A DNA stretch of 64,000 nt from contig OZ241996.1 of assembly GCA_965204535.1 (NCBI GenBank), positions 1,504,001 to 1,568,000 of the forward strand. The letters run 5' to 3'. The stretch comes from a bacterium (GTDB lineage: Bacteria > UBA8248). Every line of letters starts with the position of its first letter. Position 1 is the first letter of the stretch. A model generated the notes under the pieces. It made no database searches, had not been told where the DNA came from, and saw nothing but the letters and a program-made list of their open reading frames with translations. Below, piece after piece: positions 36,479 to 45,276 of this stretch. Made by a program: the position numbers and the translations under genes.

Positions 36479-38629
36479 CTACCCCTCGGCAGATTCCGCC
36501 TCCACCGGCGCAGCGGTCACGAAATCCTTCGGCCGCATCAATTGCATGACGATTGAGACGATCATCAGGGCAAGCCCCGTCGTCTTGTACCACATGCCGT
36601 TCCAGAACAGGGCGCAACCGGCAGCACCCATCAGGCATCGGTCGAACGTCGTCAGGATGCGCAGGAAATAGCCTTCCAGGGCCGCCGAGGTGCATATGAA
36701 GCCCAGGGCCGCGCTCGCCCAGACCAGGATGACCTGATCCCAGGGGCCGTTGATGAGAATCGGCGTGTAGGCCATCAGGAGCGGCACGACGTAGAGCGGC
36801 TTCGCCAGCTTGAGCGATATGAAGCCCGTGCGCATGGGGTCGCACTGCGCGACGCCCGCCGCCACGAACGCGCCCAGGGCGAAGGGCGGCGTGAGGGCCG
36901 CGTCCTGGCTCAGCCACAGGATGATCATGTGCGCGGTGAACATCGAGAGGCCGAAGTCCATGAGCGCGGGGCCTGCGAGGATGGCGATGAGGATGTAGCT
37001 CGCCGTGATCGTCATGCCCATGCCCAGGATGTAGCTGGCGAGCGCCACCAGGGCCACGGCCAGCCAGAGCATGTTGTTCGAATAGGAAAGAATGATGGCC
37101 GTCATCTTCTGCGCCAGATCGGGATGCGTGACGCCGGTCAGCACCAGGCCCATGACGCCCGCCGTCGCGCCGATGACGAGTGAATTTACCGATCCCGTGA
37201 CGAACGCGTCGCCGATTTCGGACATGATGCGCCGCGCCTCTTGGTGCCGCCACGACAGGAAGCAGCCGATCAGCACGTAGAGGTACACCGCGTCGCCGCC
37301 GTAGAGGATGCTGGCGACGAAAACGGCCGCCTGCACGCCCAGCAGGTACCAGCACTTCTGCTTGAACGTGCTCACCACCACCGAGGCGACGATGGCCCAG
37401 AAGCCCGCGAAAAACGGCGAGAACTGGAGAATGAGGAGCATGATGAGCAGCACGATGGGGAGGAGCAGTATCCCGTCTTTTTTCATCACGCCCCAGAAAT
37501 CGGGCAGCTCTTCTTTCGAGAGGCCTTGCAGGTTGTTCTTGCTCGCGTAGTAGTGAACCGACATGAAGACGGAAAGATAATAGAGCAGCGCGGGCACGAG
37601 GCTCACGAGCGCGACCTTGTAGTAGGGCGTCTCGGTCATCGCCGCGAGGATGAAGGCGGCCGACGCCATGATGGGCGGCATCAGGTGGCCGCCGATGCTG
37701 GCCACCGCCTCGGTCGCCGCGGCGTAGGTGGCCCGGAAACCCCCGCGCTTCATGAGGGGAATCGTGAAGGTCCCGGTGATGACGATGTTCGCCGCCCCGC
37801 TGCCCACGATGGAGCCGACGAGGCCGCTCGACACGACAGCCGCCTTCGCCGCACCGCCCTTGAAGCGGCCCACGAGCGCGAAGGCGAGATCGACGAACAC
37901 GTCCCCCACCCGCGTGGCCTGGAGCAGCGCCCCGAATATCAGGAAGATGAAAACCACCTGCGCGTAGACGCGGGTGATGACCCCGTAGATGCCCGACTGG
38001 CTGTAGAGATAGCCCATCACGTAGCCGAACTCCGCGCCCTTGTGCGACAAGAGACCGGGGAATATCGGCCCCGCCCAGTCGTAGAACAGGAATACGATGG
38101 CGACGATGGGCAAGACGAGACCGAGCACGCGGCGGCACGTCTCCCAGACGAGGCATGCGGCGGCGAAGCCGAACACCACGTCGTTCCACTCCACGATGCC
38201 CGCCCTGGCGCCGCGGTCGTCGTAGTAATACATGAACTCGCACATCACGACGAAACTCAGTATGCACCAGAGCACGTCGAAACCCGAGGGCCTGTCTTTC
38301 GGTGAATTCTCCCTGCATGGATAGAGCATAAAGGTGAGAACGGACGTAAGGCAGATGAATATGGGCAGGGAGAACTGTTCCCCGTAATACGGGATGTAGG
38401 GAAATTCGAGCAGTGCCAGTTTCATGCTTCTGGGGCCGAAGACGGTGAAGCTCCCGTTCACCGCGCCGAAGAGAAAATATGCGGCGAAGATGAAGCCCAC
38501 CACGCGCAGCGCCCAGAGAGAGTGGCCGCTCAGCGTCCTCGTCTTGGCGAGGCCTGCCCCGAGGAAGCTGCCGATTTTTTCAAGGACGCTGCGAAAACTC
38601 AATCTATGTTCCCCCGAGGGAAGTACCAC
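36479..38629 (-). CDS. TRAP transporter fused 4TM/12TM permease (TAXI-type)
   Basis: GGAAKAAVVSS, GSGAANIVITGTFTIPLMK, ASIGGHLMPPIM, LGMGMT, LTPPFA. Confidence 0.92.
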   Translation of the reverse strand: MVLPSGEHRLSFRSVLEKIGSFLGAGLAKTRTLSGHSLWALRVVGFIFAAYFLFGAVNGSFTVFGPRSMKLALLEFPYIPYYGEQFSLPIFICLTSVLTFMLYPCRENSPKDRPSGFDVLWCILSFVVMCEFMYYYDDRGARAGIVEWNDVVFGFAAACLVWETCRRVLGLVLPIVAIVFLFYDWAGPIFPGLLSHKGAEFGYVMGYLYSQSGIYGVITRVYAQVVFIFLIFGALLQATRVGDVFVDLAFALVGRFKGGAAKAAVVSSGLVGSIVGSGAANIVITGTFTIPLMKRGGFRATYAAATEAVASIGGHLMPPIMASAAFILAAMTETPYYKVALVSLVPALLYYLSVFMSVHYYASKNNLQGLSKEELPDFWGVMKKDGILLLPIVLLIMLLILQFSPFFAGFWAIVASVVVSTFKQKCWYLLGVQAAVFVASILYGGDAVYLYVLIGCFLSWRHQEARRIMSEIGDAFVTGSVNSLVIGATAGVMGLVLTGVTHPDLAQKMTAIILSYSNNMLWLAVALVALASYILGMGMTITASYILIAILAGPALMDFGLSMFTAHMIILWLSQDAALTPPFALGAFVAAGVAQCDPMRTGFISLKLAKPLYVVPLLMAYTPILINGPWDQVILVWASAALGFICTSAALEGYFLRILTTFDRCLMGAAGCALFWNGMWYKTTGLALMIVSIVMQLMRPKDFVTAAPVEAESAEG

Positions 38630-38636
38630 GTTTCCG

Positions 38637-38711
38637 GCGAAGCATCCTCAACAAGAACGGATGCTTCGCTTGAACATACCGGCCGGGAGGAGAGCAAGCC
38701 TCCCGGCCGGT
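38637..38711 (-). promoter_or_regulatory. Two intercistronic stem-loops between the TAXI binding protein and the permease
   Basis: ACCGGCCGGGAGG/CCTCCCGGCCGGT (38678-38711, 13 bp) and GCGAAGCATCC/GGATGCTTCGC (38637-38669, 11 bp). Confidence 0.6.
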
Positions 38712-38732
38712 GAAGACGCCTGGTTCTTTTTA

Positions 38733-39710
38733 CTAATTCGGCAGTTTGTAGCCGACTTCTTTCCAGTAACGCTCTGCGCCCGGATGCGCTTTCAGGTTGA
38801 TGGCGGCCATCCCTTTCAGGTCCGGGGCCGTCACGAAGCCCGAAGCCCAGCCCTTGTGCACCTTGAGCAGGAACTCGCGGCCCTTCTTCGAGAAGTTGAT
38901 GCGCGCCACTTCATACACCACGTCGTTGGGCACGTTGCAGCCCACGATGGTCCACGCGGCGTAGCCGATGGTGGGCACCGGCTTGTCGACGCCGTTGTAG
39001 GCATTCTTGACGATGGTGGTATTGAAATAGGCCTTGTTCGACTTGAGGAGGCCGTCGCCCACTTTCCCGTCCACAGGTACGAGGGTGATGGGAAGCGAGG
39101 TCGCCAGCTTCAGGACGGCCGGAGAGGGAACCGGGTTCGGGATGGTGAATGCGTCGAGGCGGCCGTCTTTGACGGCATCGGCCGCCACGTTCCAGTTCAG
39201 GTTCTCCTCGCGCACCTTGATGCCGGCGAGCGCCACGATGGTTCGCGTCATGAAGTGGGTGCTGCTGCCCCGGCGCGCGAAGCTTACGCGTTTGCCGTTC
39301 AGGTCGGCGACCGTCTTGATGCCCGAGTCCTTCCGAACGGCGATGTGGAACTGCGAAACCGTGCCGGGTCCGAAGCCGCACACGTTCTTGTAGGGCTTCT
39401 TGAACATCTTCTTGCCCTTGAGCGCCAAATCCACGAGCGTGGCGACGCCCAGAGCGAACTCGGCCTTGCCGTTTTCGACCAGACGGATGTCTTCCACCGC
39501 GCCGCGCGTGGTGAGGTTGTTCATCTCGACGGTCTTCGATTCCTTGGACACCAGAGCCGCGAGACCGCCCCAGATCACGTAGGCGGCGGCGCCGGGCCCG
39601 GCGCTGGCGACCGAGGTCTTGATGCGGGCGGCTTCGGCGCTCGAAAACGACAGGCCGACCGCCAGCGTGAAAGCGACTGCTGCAATCGCAGCGTTTTTCA
39701 GGTACTTCAT
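38733..39710 (-). CDS. TAXI-family TRAP transporter solute-binding protein
   Basis: Signal peptide ending AEA; TRGAVED, SGIKTVADLNGKRVS, HPGAERYWKE. ATG at 39710 after AGGAGG. Confidence 0.92.
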   Translation of the reverse strand: MKYLKNAAIAAVAFTLAVGLSFSSAEAARIKTSVASAGPGAAAYVIWGGLAALVSKESKTVEMNNLTTRGAVEDIRLVENGKAEFALGVATLVDLALKGKKMFKKPYKNVCGFGPGTVSQFHIAVRKDSGIKTVADLNGKRVSFARRGSSTHFMTRTIVALAGIKVREENLNWNVAADAVKDGRLDAFTIPNPVPSPAVLKLATSLPITLVPVDGKVGDGLLKSNKAYFNTTIVKNAYNGVDKPVPTIGYAAWTIVGCNVPNDVVYEVARINFSKKGREFLLKVHKGWASGFVTAPDLKGMAAINLKAHPGAERYWKEVGYKLPN

Positions 39711-39782
39711 CTGTTTCTCCTCCTTGGTGAATAGTGATGCCACGAAAAAACGATTCCCGGAATGCTTACCCAAATACGAGAA

Positions 39783-40271
39783 TCAGGAACTCTCCTCTTC
39801 TTCGCGAAACGTGTCGATATCGCAATAGAGCTCGATGTAGTTTCCGTCCGGGTCGCAGAAATAAAAAGCGCGGTTTCCGCTGCCCGCCTCGAACCCGTCT
39901 CCCTCGGGGCCGTGCACCAGAGGGCCGTATTCGATCCTGACGCCGCACTCTTTCACGTGCCGAAGCGCCTTGAGCCACTCTCCCCGGTCCGGCAACTCGA
40001 AAGCGACGTGCTGAAACCCCGGTTTGGCCTCCGCCATGGAATTGCCCGATTCGGGATACAGCCCCGGGGCATCCTCCGGGACCTGGAAGAATACGACCTC
40101 ATGATGGGTGACGTCGCATCTTAAAAATACGGAAGCCCCGCCCGGCACCTTCGCGCCCGGCCCGCTCCTGCTCGTTACCTGGAAGCCCAGCACGCGCGTG
40201 TAGAAATCCTCCATCCGGTCCAGGTCTTTGGTCCAGAACCCGACGTGCCCTATTTTCGTCGTCTTGAACAT
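39783..40271 (-). CDS. VOC/glyoxalase-family protein
   Basis: IGHVGF, FYTRVLGF, FQHVAF, YFCDPDGNYIELY; start at ATG 40271. Confidence 0.87.
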   Translation of the reverse strand: MFKTTKIGHVGFWTKDLDRMEDFYTRVLGFQVTSRSGPGAKVPGGASVFLRCDVTHHEVVFFQVPEDAPGLYPESGNSMAEAKPGFQHVAFELPDRGEWLKALRHVKECGVRIEYGPLVHGPEGDGFEAGSGNRAFYFCDPDGNYIELYCDIDTFREEEESS

Positions 40272-40469
40272 AAAAACCGGTTCACCATCGGCAGAGGCGT
40301 TGGAGGGAAAATGAATGGAATAGTCCCGCCTTCTCGTCCTCGCAACCACCCCTTGAATTAAAATTCCCGTATGACGAAACCTTAAACCATACCGCAGGAC
40401 AAAAAGCAAGAAACCTCACGGCCTTGCGGTGAAAAACAAAGCCTGTCACGCGATAGCGGCGAGGACGGC

Positions 40470-41834
40470 TCAGTTTCCCGTTTCGACATCCGGAAACTCT
40501 GTGACCCAGCCCAGTTCCGCCTCGCACCAGCGGGCGGCGGAGAGTAGCGCGGCCTCCCCGAAGCGGCGTCCGCCCAGTTGAATCCCGATGGGCAGATTCT
40601 CATCCCCACGGCCTACCGGAAGGCTGATGGCCGGAAACCCGATTTGCGTGAACGGCTCGTTGAACAGGGCGTTTCCGGTGGATTCCTCGGCGATGGGGGG
40701 ACGCTCCACGTGGGAGGGCAGGATGACGAGGTCGTAGTTCTCGAAGAAATCCGCCATCCGCTGGATGAAGCGCGCGCGAAAGCGCAGGGCGTTCACGTAG
40801 TGAACCGCAGGCGTCATGAGGCCCGTCGAGATGTTTTTCCGAATCTGGGAAGCATAGGCGTCCTGGTTCTCCAGGAACATCGCCTCGTGATAGGCGGCCG
40901 CCTCCACGCGCATGATGATGCGGTGCGCCGCGTGCATCTCGTCCACGTCCACCGGCAGCTTCGCCTCCTCCACGTCCACACCCTTGGCTTTCAAGCCAGC
41001 GACGCATTCCTCCATTCGCTCGGCCACCTCTTCGCTCGCGTGGGGGAGGAGATCCTCCTTCCAGAAACAAGCGCGTTCCGGCTTCACCGGCGAGGAGGCT
41101 TCGGCGTAATCAGGCACGTTGACGTCGGGCGCCTGCGCGTCTATACCGTCCGCTCCCGCAATGGCCGTGAGCACGCGCGCCGCATCCTCGGAACACCGGG
41201 TGATGACGCCCACGTGGTCCAGATTCCACGACACCGTAATCAGTCCGCTCCTTGGGATACGACCGTAGGTGGGTTTCAAGCCCACCACGCCGCAAAACGC
41301 GGCAGGCCGCAGGGTCGAGCCGCCCGTCTGGCTCCCCAGGGCCGCCGGGACCATCCCGACGGCCACCGCCGCCGCGGAGCCGCTGCTCGAACCTCCCGGA
41401 CTACGCTTCAGGTTCCACGGATTCCGCGTTTCCGAGGGGTCGGAGGTGGCGAACTGCGTGGTGACCGTCTTGCCGAGACAGATTGCGCCCGCATTTTTCA
41501 GGCGCGTCGTGACGGTGGCGTCCTCATCCGCTATTTCGCCTTTCAACAGCGGCGAGTTCGCCTCGCGCGGCAGGCCGGCGACGTCGACGATGTCCTTGTA
41601 GCCGATGGCGACGCCCCCGAGCGGCCCGTTCCCCTCACCGTTCGCGAGGCGCTCATCAACCGCCTTCGCTTCGGCGAGCGCGCCCTCCCCCTCCACGTGC
41701 GCCCACGCCAGGATTTTACCCTCCAGCGCGTCGATCCGCTCCAGCAAGGAGCGCGTCCATTCGGAAGCGGACAAACCGCCTTCCGCGATATTCCTCAATC
41801 CATCCGAGAGGCTCAAACACCAAGGTTCATTCAT
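40470..41834 (-). CDS. Amidase-signature family hydrolase
   Basis: KD..D, GKTVTTQFA, SPGGSSSGSAAAV, GSQTGGSTLRPAAFCG (Ser-cisSer-Lys triad). Confidence 0.93.
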   Translation of the reverse strand: MNEPWCLSLSDGLRNIAEGGLSASEWTRSLLERIDALEGKILAWAHVEGEGALAEAKAVDERLANGEGNGPLGGVAIGYKDIVDVAGLPREANSPLLKGEIADEDATVTTRLKNAGAICLGKTVTTQFATSDPSETRNPWNLKRSPGGSSSGSAAAVAVGMVPAALGSQTGGSTLRPAAFCGVVGLKPTYGRIPRSGLITVSWNLDHVGVITRCSEDAARVLTAIAGADGIDAQAPDVNVPDYAEASSPVKPERACFWKEDLLPHASEEVAERMEECVAGLKAKGVDVEEAKLPVDVDEMHAAHRIIMRVEAAAYHEAMFLENQDAYASQIRKNISTGLMTPAVHYVNALRFRARFIQRMADFFENYDLVILPSHVERPPIAEESTGNALFNEPFTQIGFPAISLPVGRGDENLPIGIQLGGRRFGEAALLSAARWCEAELGWVTEFPDVETGN

Positions 41835-41870
41835 TTTTCACTCCCCTGCTTTCGTATCGTCCGTCATGAT

Positions 41871-42044
41871 TCATTTATCGAGTTCTTCCAGCTTCTCAAG
41901 TATGTCGAGCAGATGGGGCTTTCCCCCCGCCGGCGGCCGCCAGCGCACGTGCGTCACGGCCACATTCTGGTCTCTCAACTCTTCCGCGAATATCTCAAGG
42001 CCCAGATTCACGACCCGAAGCGGTTTCCGGCGCAAGTCTTTCAT
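41871..42044 (-). CDS. Small FdrA C-terminal-like domain protein (57 aa; not in ORF track)
   Basis: MKDLRRKPLRVVNLGLEIFAEELRDQNVAVTHVRWRPPAGGKPHLLDILEKLEELDK*. Starts 3 nt after the fdrA stop; W.PPAGG motif. Confidence 0.8.
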   Translation of the reverse strand: MKDLRRKPLRVVNLGLEIFAEELRDQNVAVTHVRWRPPAGGKPHLLDILEKLEELDK

Positions 42045-42047
42045 GGC

Positions 42048-43526
42048 TCACCCGACACCCAGCAGTTCCGGTTTCACCAGCACGGCGGCAAATCGCGCCG
42101 CCTGCGCGTTCGAGGGAAGAACCATTACGCCCGCTTCCTCTAAAATACCAACCTGCTCGTCCAGGCATTGCGGGTCGTCCGCCGTCCCCACCACGGAGGC
42201 GACGAACAGCGGACTCTTGTCTTTGCCTCTGGCCTCTTTTACCGCCCGCGCCAGCGGGCCCGCCGGGTCCTGTGCGCTCCCTCTGCCCAGCACCAAATCA
42301 AGCAAGACCACGCCGAAGCCTTCTGCCTCCAGGATCGCCTCCGCGCGGGATTCCGGGTCGACCATGGGATGAGGCTTGCCGACCGTATAGCGATCATCGC
42401 CCAGGTCGAGAATCCGGTGGCGACCCGCATCCTCGTTCCAGGACACGCCGCCGAGCAGGGATTCGAGAATAAGACGGCTCTCATGGGCGAGCGTGCCGCC
42501 CGAGAACAGCCCGAGGATGCCACCCTCCTGCGGCTTTAATGAGTCGATTTTCTCCTTGATCCCCGCTTCCGCGAAGAAATTTTCAGGCTCGTAGCTCTCT
42601 CCCCTCAGGGTCGCCGCCACGGCGTGGCCCGCATCTTCCAGAGTCTCCGCCCAGCCCGGTTTTTCCGCGCCCAGAAAGCACACGACGTGCGGCTTGTTGA
42701 AATTTTCGAGCGCCTCTTCGATTCCAGGCAGCACCTCCGGGTCAGGCGGTTTTGATATGAGCGCCACGATTTCCGTTTCCGGATCGTCCGACAGGAAGTC
42801 GAGCGCATGGAGCGTCATCAGCCCGCCGACTTCTGCGGATAAATCGCGTCCGCCCACCCCGATTCCGTGGGAAATCCCTTCGCCCAAGGCGTCGAGTTGC
42901 GAAGCCACGGCTTGCAAGCCGGTGCCCGATGCGGCGATGCAGCCCACCCGCCCCGGCTTCACGGCGTTGGCGAAGCCGAGTCCGGTTCCTGCGATGTAAG
43001 CCGTTCCGCAGTCTGGGCCCATCAGGAGCAAATCGCGCTCTATGGCCTCTCGCTTGAGCGCCACTTCGTCATCCACGGACACGTTGTCGCTGAACAAGAA
43101 CACGTGGAGCCCGGCCCGCAGGGCGTCCATGGCTTCTTTTGCGGCATAGGCGCCGGGTATGGAGATAATCGCCAGGCTGGATTCGGGCGCTGCGGCGAGC
43201 GCGCCCGCCAGACTCGACGGCGAAAAATCACTCGCGCCGCCATCCCCGACCCGCGCTTGCTTGAGAAAGGCTTTCGCCTCCTCGATCGCCTCGAATGCCA
43301 GCGCTTGCGAATCCGCCTCCACGGCCAGCACCAGATCGTTCGGCCCGGCCTCGACCTCGTTCTCTTCGGCCAGTCCCGCCTGAAGCATGATCTCCTGATT
43401 CGCGGGCGTGCCCATGAGCGCCGCGACTTCCGAGACGCCCGGTTTCCTGCGAATCTCGCGCGCCAGGCGCATGAGCTTTACGGAATCCTGATAAAACGAA
43501 GGCAGTACGGCCCTTGCGAGCGGCAA
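42048..43526 (-). CDS. fdrA: Acyl-CoA synthetase-like protein FdrA
   Basis: YQDSVKLM, MGTPAN, FSDNV, MGPDCGT, ASGTGLQ, GVGGRDLS, LFSGGTL, DLGDD, PHPMVDP. Confidence 0.9.
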   Translation of the reverse strand: MPLARAVLPSFYQDSVKLMRLAREIRRKPGVSEVAALMGTPANQEIMLQAGLAEENEVEAGPNDLVLAVEADSQALAFEAIEEAKAFLKQARVGDGGASDFSPSSLAGALAAAPESSLAIISIPGAYAAKEAMDALRAGLHVFLFSDNVSVDDEVALKREAIERDLLLMGPDCGTAYIAGTGLGFANAVKPGRVGCIAASGTGLQAVASQLDALGEGISHGIGVGGRDLSAEVGGLMTLHALDFLSDDPETEIVALISKPPDPEVLPGIEEALENFNKPHVVCFLGAEKPGWAETLEDAGHAVAATLRGESYEPENFFAEAGIKEKIDSLKPQEGGILGLFSGGTLAHESRLILESLLGGVSWNEDAGRHRILDLGDDRYTVGKPHPMVDPESRAEAILEAEGFGVVLLDLVLGRGSAQDPAGPLARAVKEARGKDKSPLFVASVVGTADDPQCLDEQVGILEEAGVMVLPSNAQAARFAAVLVKPELLGVG

Positions 43527-43527
43527 T

Positions 43528-43713
43528 TTATTTCGTTTCTTCGGCGGGTGGAGTGAAAGGCTCCAGCGTTTTCTCGAGTGAGGCGGACGACAGCGTCTGC
43601 ATCATCTCCGCCACCTCATCGGCGAATCCGGCGATGCGTTCTTCATCTTCCAAGCCGAAGACTTCCCGCCCCACCCTCACGAGTTGCGCGGCGACCTCTG
43701 CTTTCTCGTTCAT
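43528..43713 (-). CDS. Small acidic protein, possibly a GatC/AtzG-like amidase partner
   Basis: 61 aa, translationally coupled to ubiX (ATGA overlap); predicted helical with a C-terminal EP. Confidence 0.55.
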   Translation of the reverse strand: MNEKAEVAAQLVRVGREVFGLEDEERIAGFADEVAEMMQTLSSASLEKTLEPFTPPAEETK

Positions 43714-44324
43714 TCGCTCGTTTCTCCCTCAGTTCTCGACGATAAAGTCTTTCGCTCCGGGTGCTGGCCCCGCCATCTCTCGAAGAGGTTTTGCTCCAGC
43801 CCCAGGCACGTGAGCGTCTTGCCCACCACGTGATCGATCAAGTCCTCCATCGTCTGCGGCTTGAAGTAGAATCCCGGCGACGCAGGCAGGATGAATACGC
43901 CCATCAGCGCGAGTTTGTGCATGTTCTCCAGATGAACCGCCGAGAGCGGCATCTCGCGCGGCAGGAGAACGAGTTTTTTCTGCTCCTTGAGCATCACGTC
44001 CGCCGCGCGGCAGATGAGGTTCTCCCCCGTGCCGGTGGCTATCTGCCCGAGCGTCTTGAGCGAGCAGGGGGCTATCACCATCGCGTCGAAACCTGCGCTC
44101 CCGCTCGCGGGCCTTGCGCCGATGTCGCTTTCGGGGTGAACCACGCTCGCCCAGGAAGAGAGGCGGGCCAGGTCCACGTCCGTCTCGTAGGCCAGTACGC
44201 GTACGCCCGCCTTGGAGACGACGAGGTGCGTCTCCACTTCGGGATACGCGTCGTGCAAGACTTCCATGAGGCGCACGCCGTAAATCGAACCGGAAGCGCC
44301 CGTAACGCCCACCACCAGCTTCAT
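43710..44324 (-). CDS. ubiX: Flavin prenyltransferase UbiX
   Basis: GVTGASG, ASGS, APCSLKTL, RAADVMLKE, PREMPLS, PGFY. Confidence 0.94.
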   Translation of the reverse strand: MKLVVGVTGASGSIYGVRLMEVLHDAYPEVETHLVVSKAGVRVLAYETDVDLARLSSWASVVHPESDIGARPASGSAGFDAMVIAPCSLKTLGQIATGTGENLICRAADVMLKEQKKLVLLPREMPLSAVHLENMHKLALMGVFILPASPGFYFKPQTMEDLIDHVVGKTLTCLGLEQNLFERWRGQHPERKTLSSRTEGETSE

Positions 44325-44349
44325 CGGAAAACTCCTGTTTCAAGCAAAC

Positions 44350-45240
44350 CTACAAGCGCGTCTTCGCGATCTTCTCGTAATCACGATACAACAGGGTGAA
44401 ATCTTTTTCGATCATCCCGCGTTTGACGGCCTTTTCCAGAAACGCGAGCGTGGCTTCCCCGTGTTCGGTATGCGCCCTGTGCTTCTCGCCCATCTTCACG
44501 GCCATGCCGACGTCTTTTATCATATTGTAGACGCGCGATTTGCCGTCCCACTTTTCGGACAGTATGTGATTCGGGAAGCGGAACTGGCTCGCGTAGCTCC
44601 GCGCGTTCGAGACGTTGAACACGTCGATCATGTCCCCGACCTTGAGGCCCACCCGCTCCGCGAGCTTTCCTCCCTCGCAGGTCGCCATGAAGATGGAGTG
44701 GCAGACCATGTTGTGAATCAACTTCATGGCGTGGCCCGCGCCGCTCTCGCCCAGATGGAAGAGGTTGTCCGCGATGGGAGCCAGGAATCGCTTCGTGCGG
44801 CGATACGCCCGCTCGTCCCCGCCTATCATGAGCGTGAGCGTTCCTGCGGCGGCGCCCGTCGCCCCTCCGCTCATGCCGGCGTCGAGAAACGCCACCCCCT
44901 TCGCCTTCGCGCGCCGGGCGATCTTCCGGCTCACGGCGGGGTCCGAACTCGTGAAGTCGTAGATCACGAGATTCTTTCGCGCGTTCGCCAGAACGCCTCC
45001 CCTTCCCTTGAGAGCTTCCTCGATTTCGGGCGAACCGGGCACCACGAAGATGATAACGCTCGCCTGCCCGGCCATCTCGCCCGGCTCGAGAATTTCAACG
45101 CCCCGCTTCCTCTCCCACGGCTTTCGCGCCTCGGGGGCCACGTCCCACACCATCAAGGGGATTTTCGCCTTGTGCAGATTCCCTGCGACGCCGCGCCCCA
45201 TGTTCCCCAAACCGACCACGCCTACCTTCGCCTGCGCCAT
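44350..45240 (-). CDS. 3-hydroxyisobutyrate dehydrogenase-family oxidoreductase
   Basis: GVVGLGNMG, FLDAGMSGG, GTLTLMIGG, GAGHAMKLIHN. Confidence 0.9.
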   Translation of the reverse strand: MAQAKVGVVGLGNMGRGVAGNLHKAKIPLMVWDVAPEARKPWERKRGVEILEPGEMAGQASVIIFVVPGSPEIEEALKGRGGVLANARKNLVIYDFTSSDPAVSRKIARRAKAKGVAFLDAGMSGGATGAAAGTLTLMIGGDERAYRRTKRFLAPIADNLFHLGESGAGHAMKLIHNMVCHSIFMATCEGGKLAERVGLKVGDMIDVFNVSNARSYASQFRFPNHILSEKWDGKSRVYNMIKDVGMAVKMGEKHRAHTEHGEATLAFLEKAVKRGMIEKDFTLLYRDYEKIAKTRL

Positions 45241-45276
45241 ATCCTGGTTCCTCTCCTTCCCGTAGCGGCCCGCTCT

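Noticed and set aside
36279-38318. 679-aa alternative-frame ORF overlapping the TRAP permease
   Set aside because: Frame-shifted shadow with Arg/His/Pro-rich composition.
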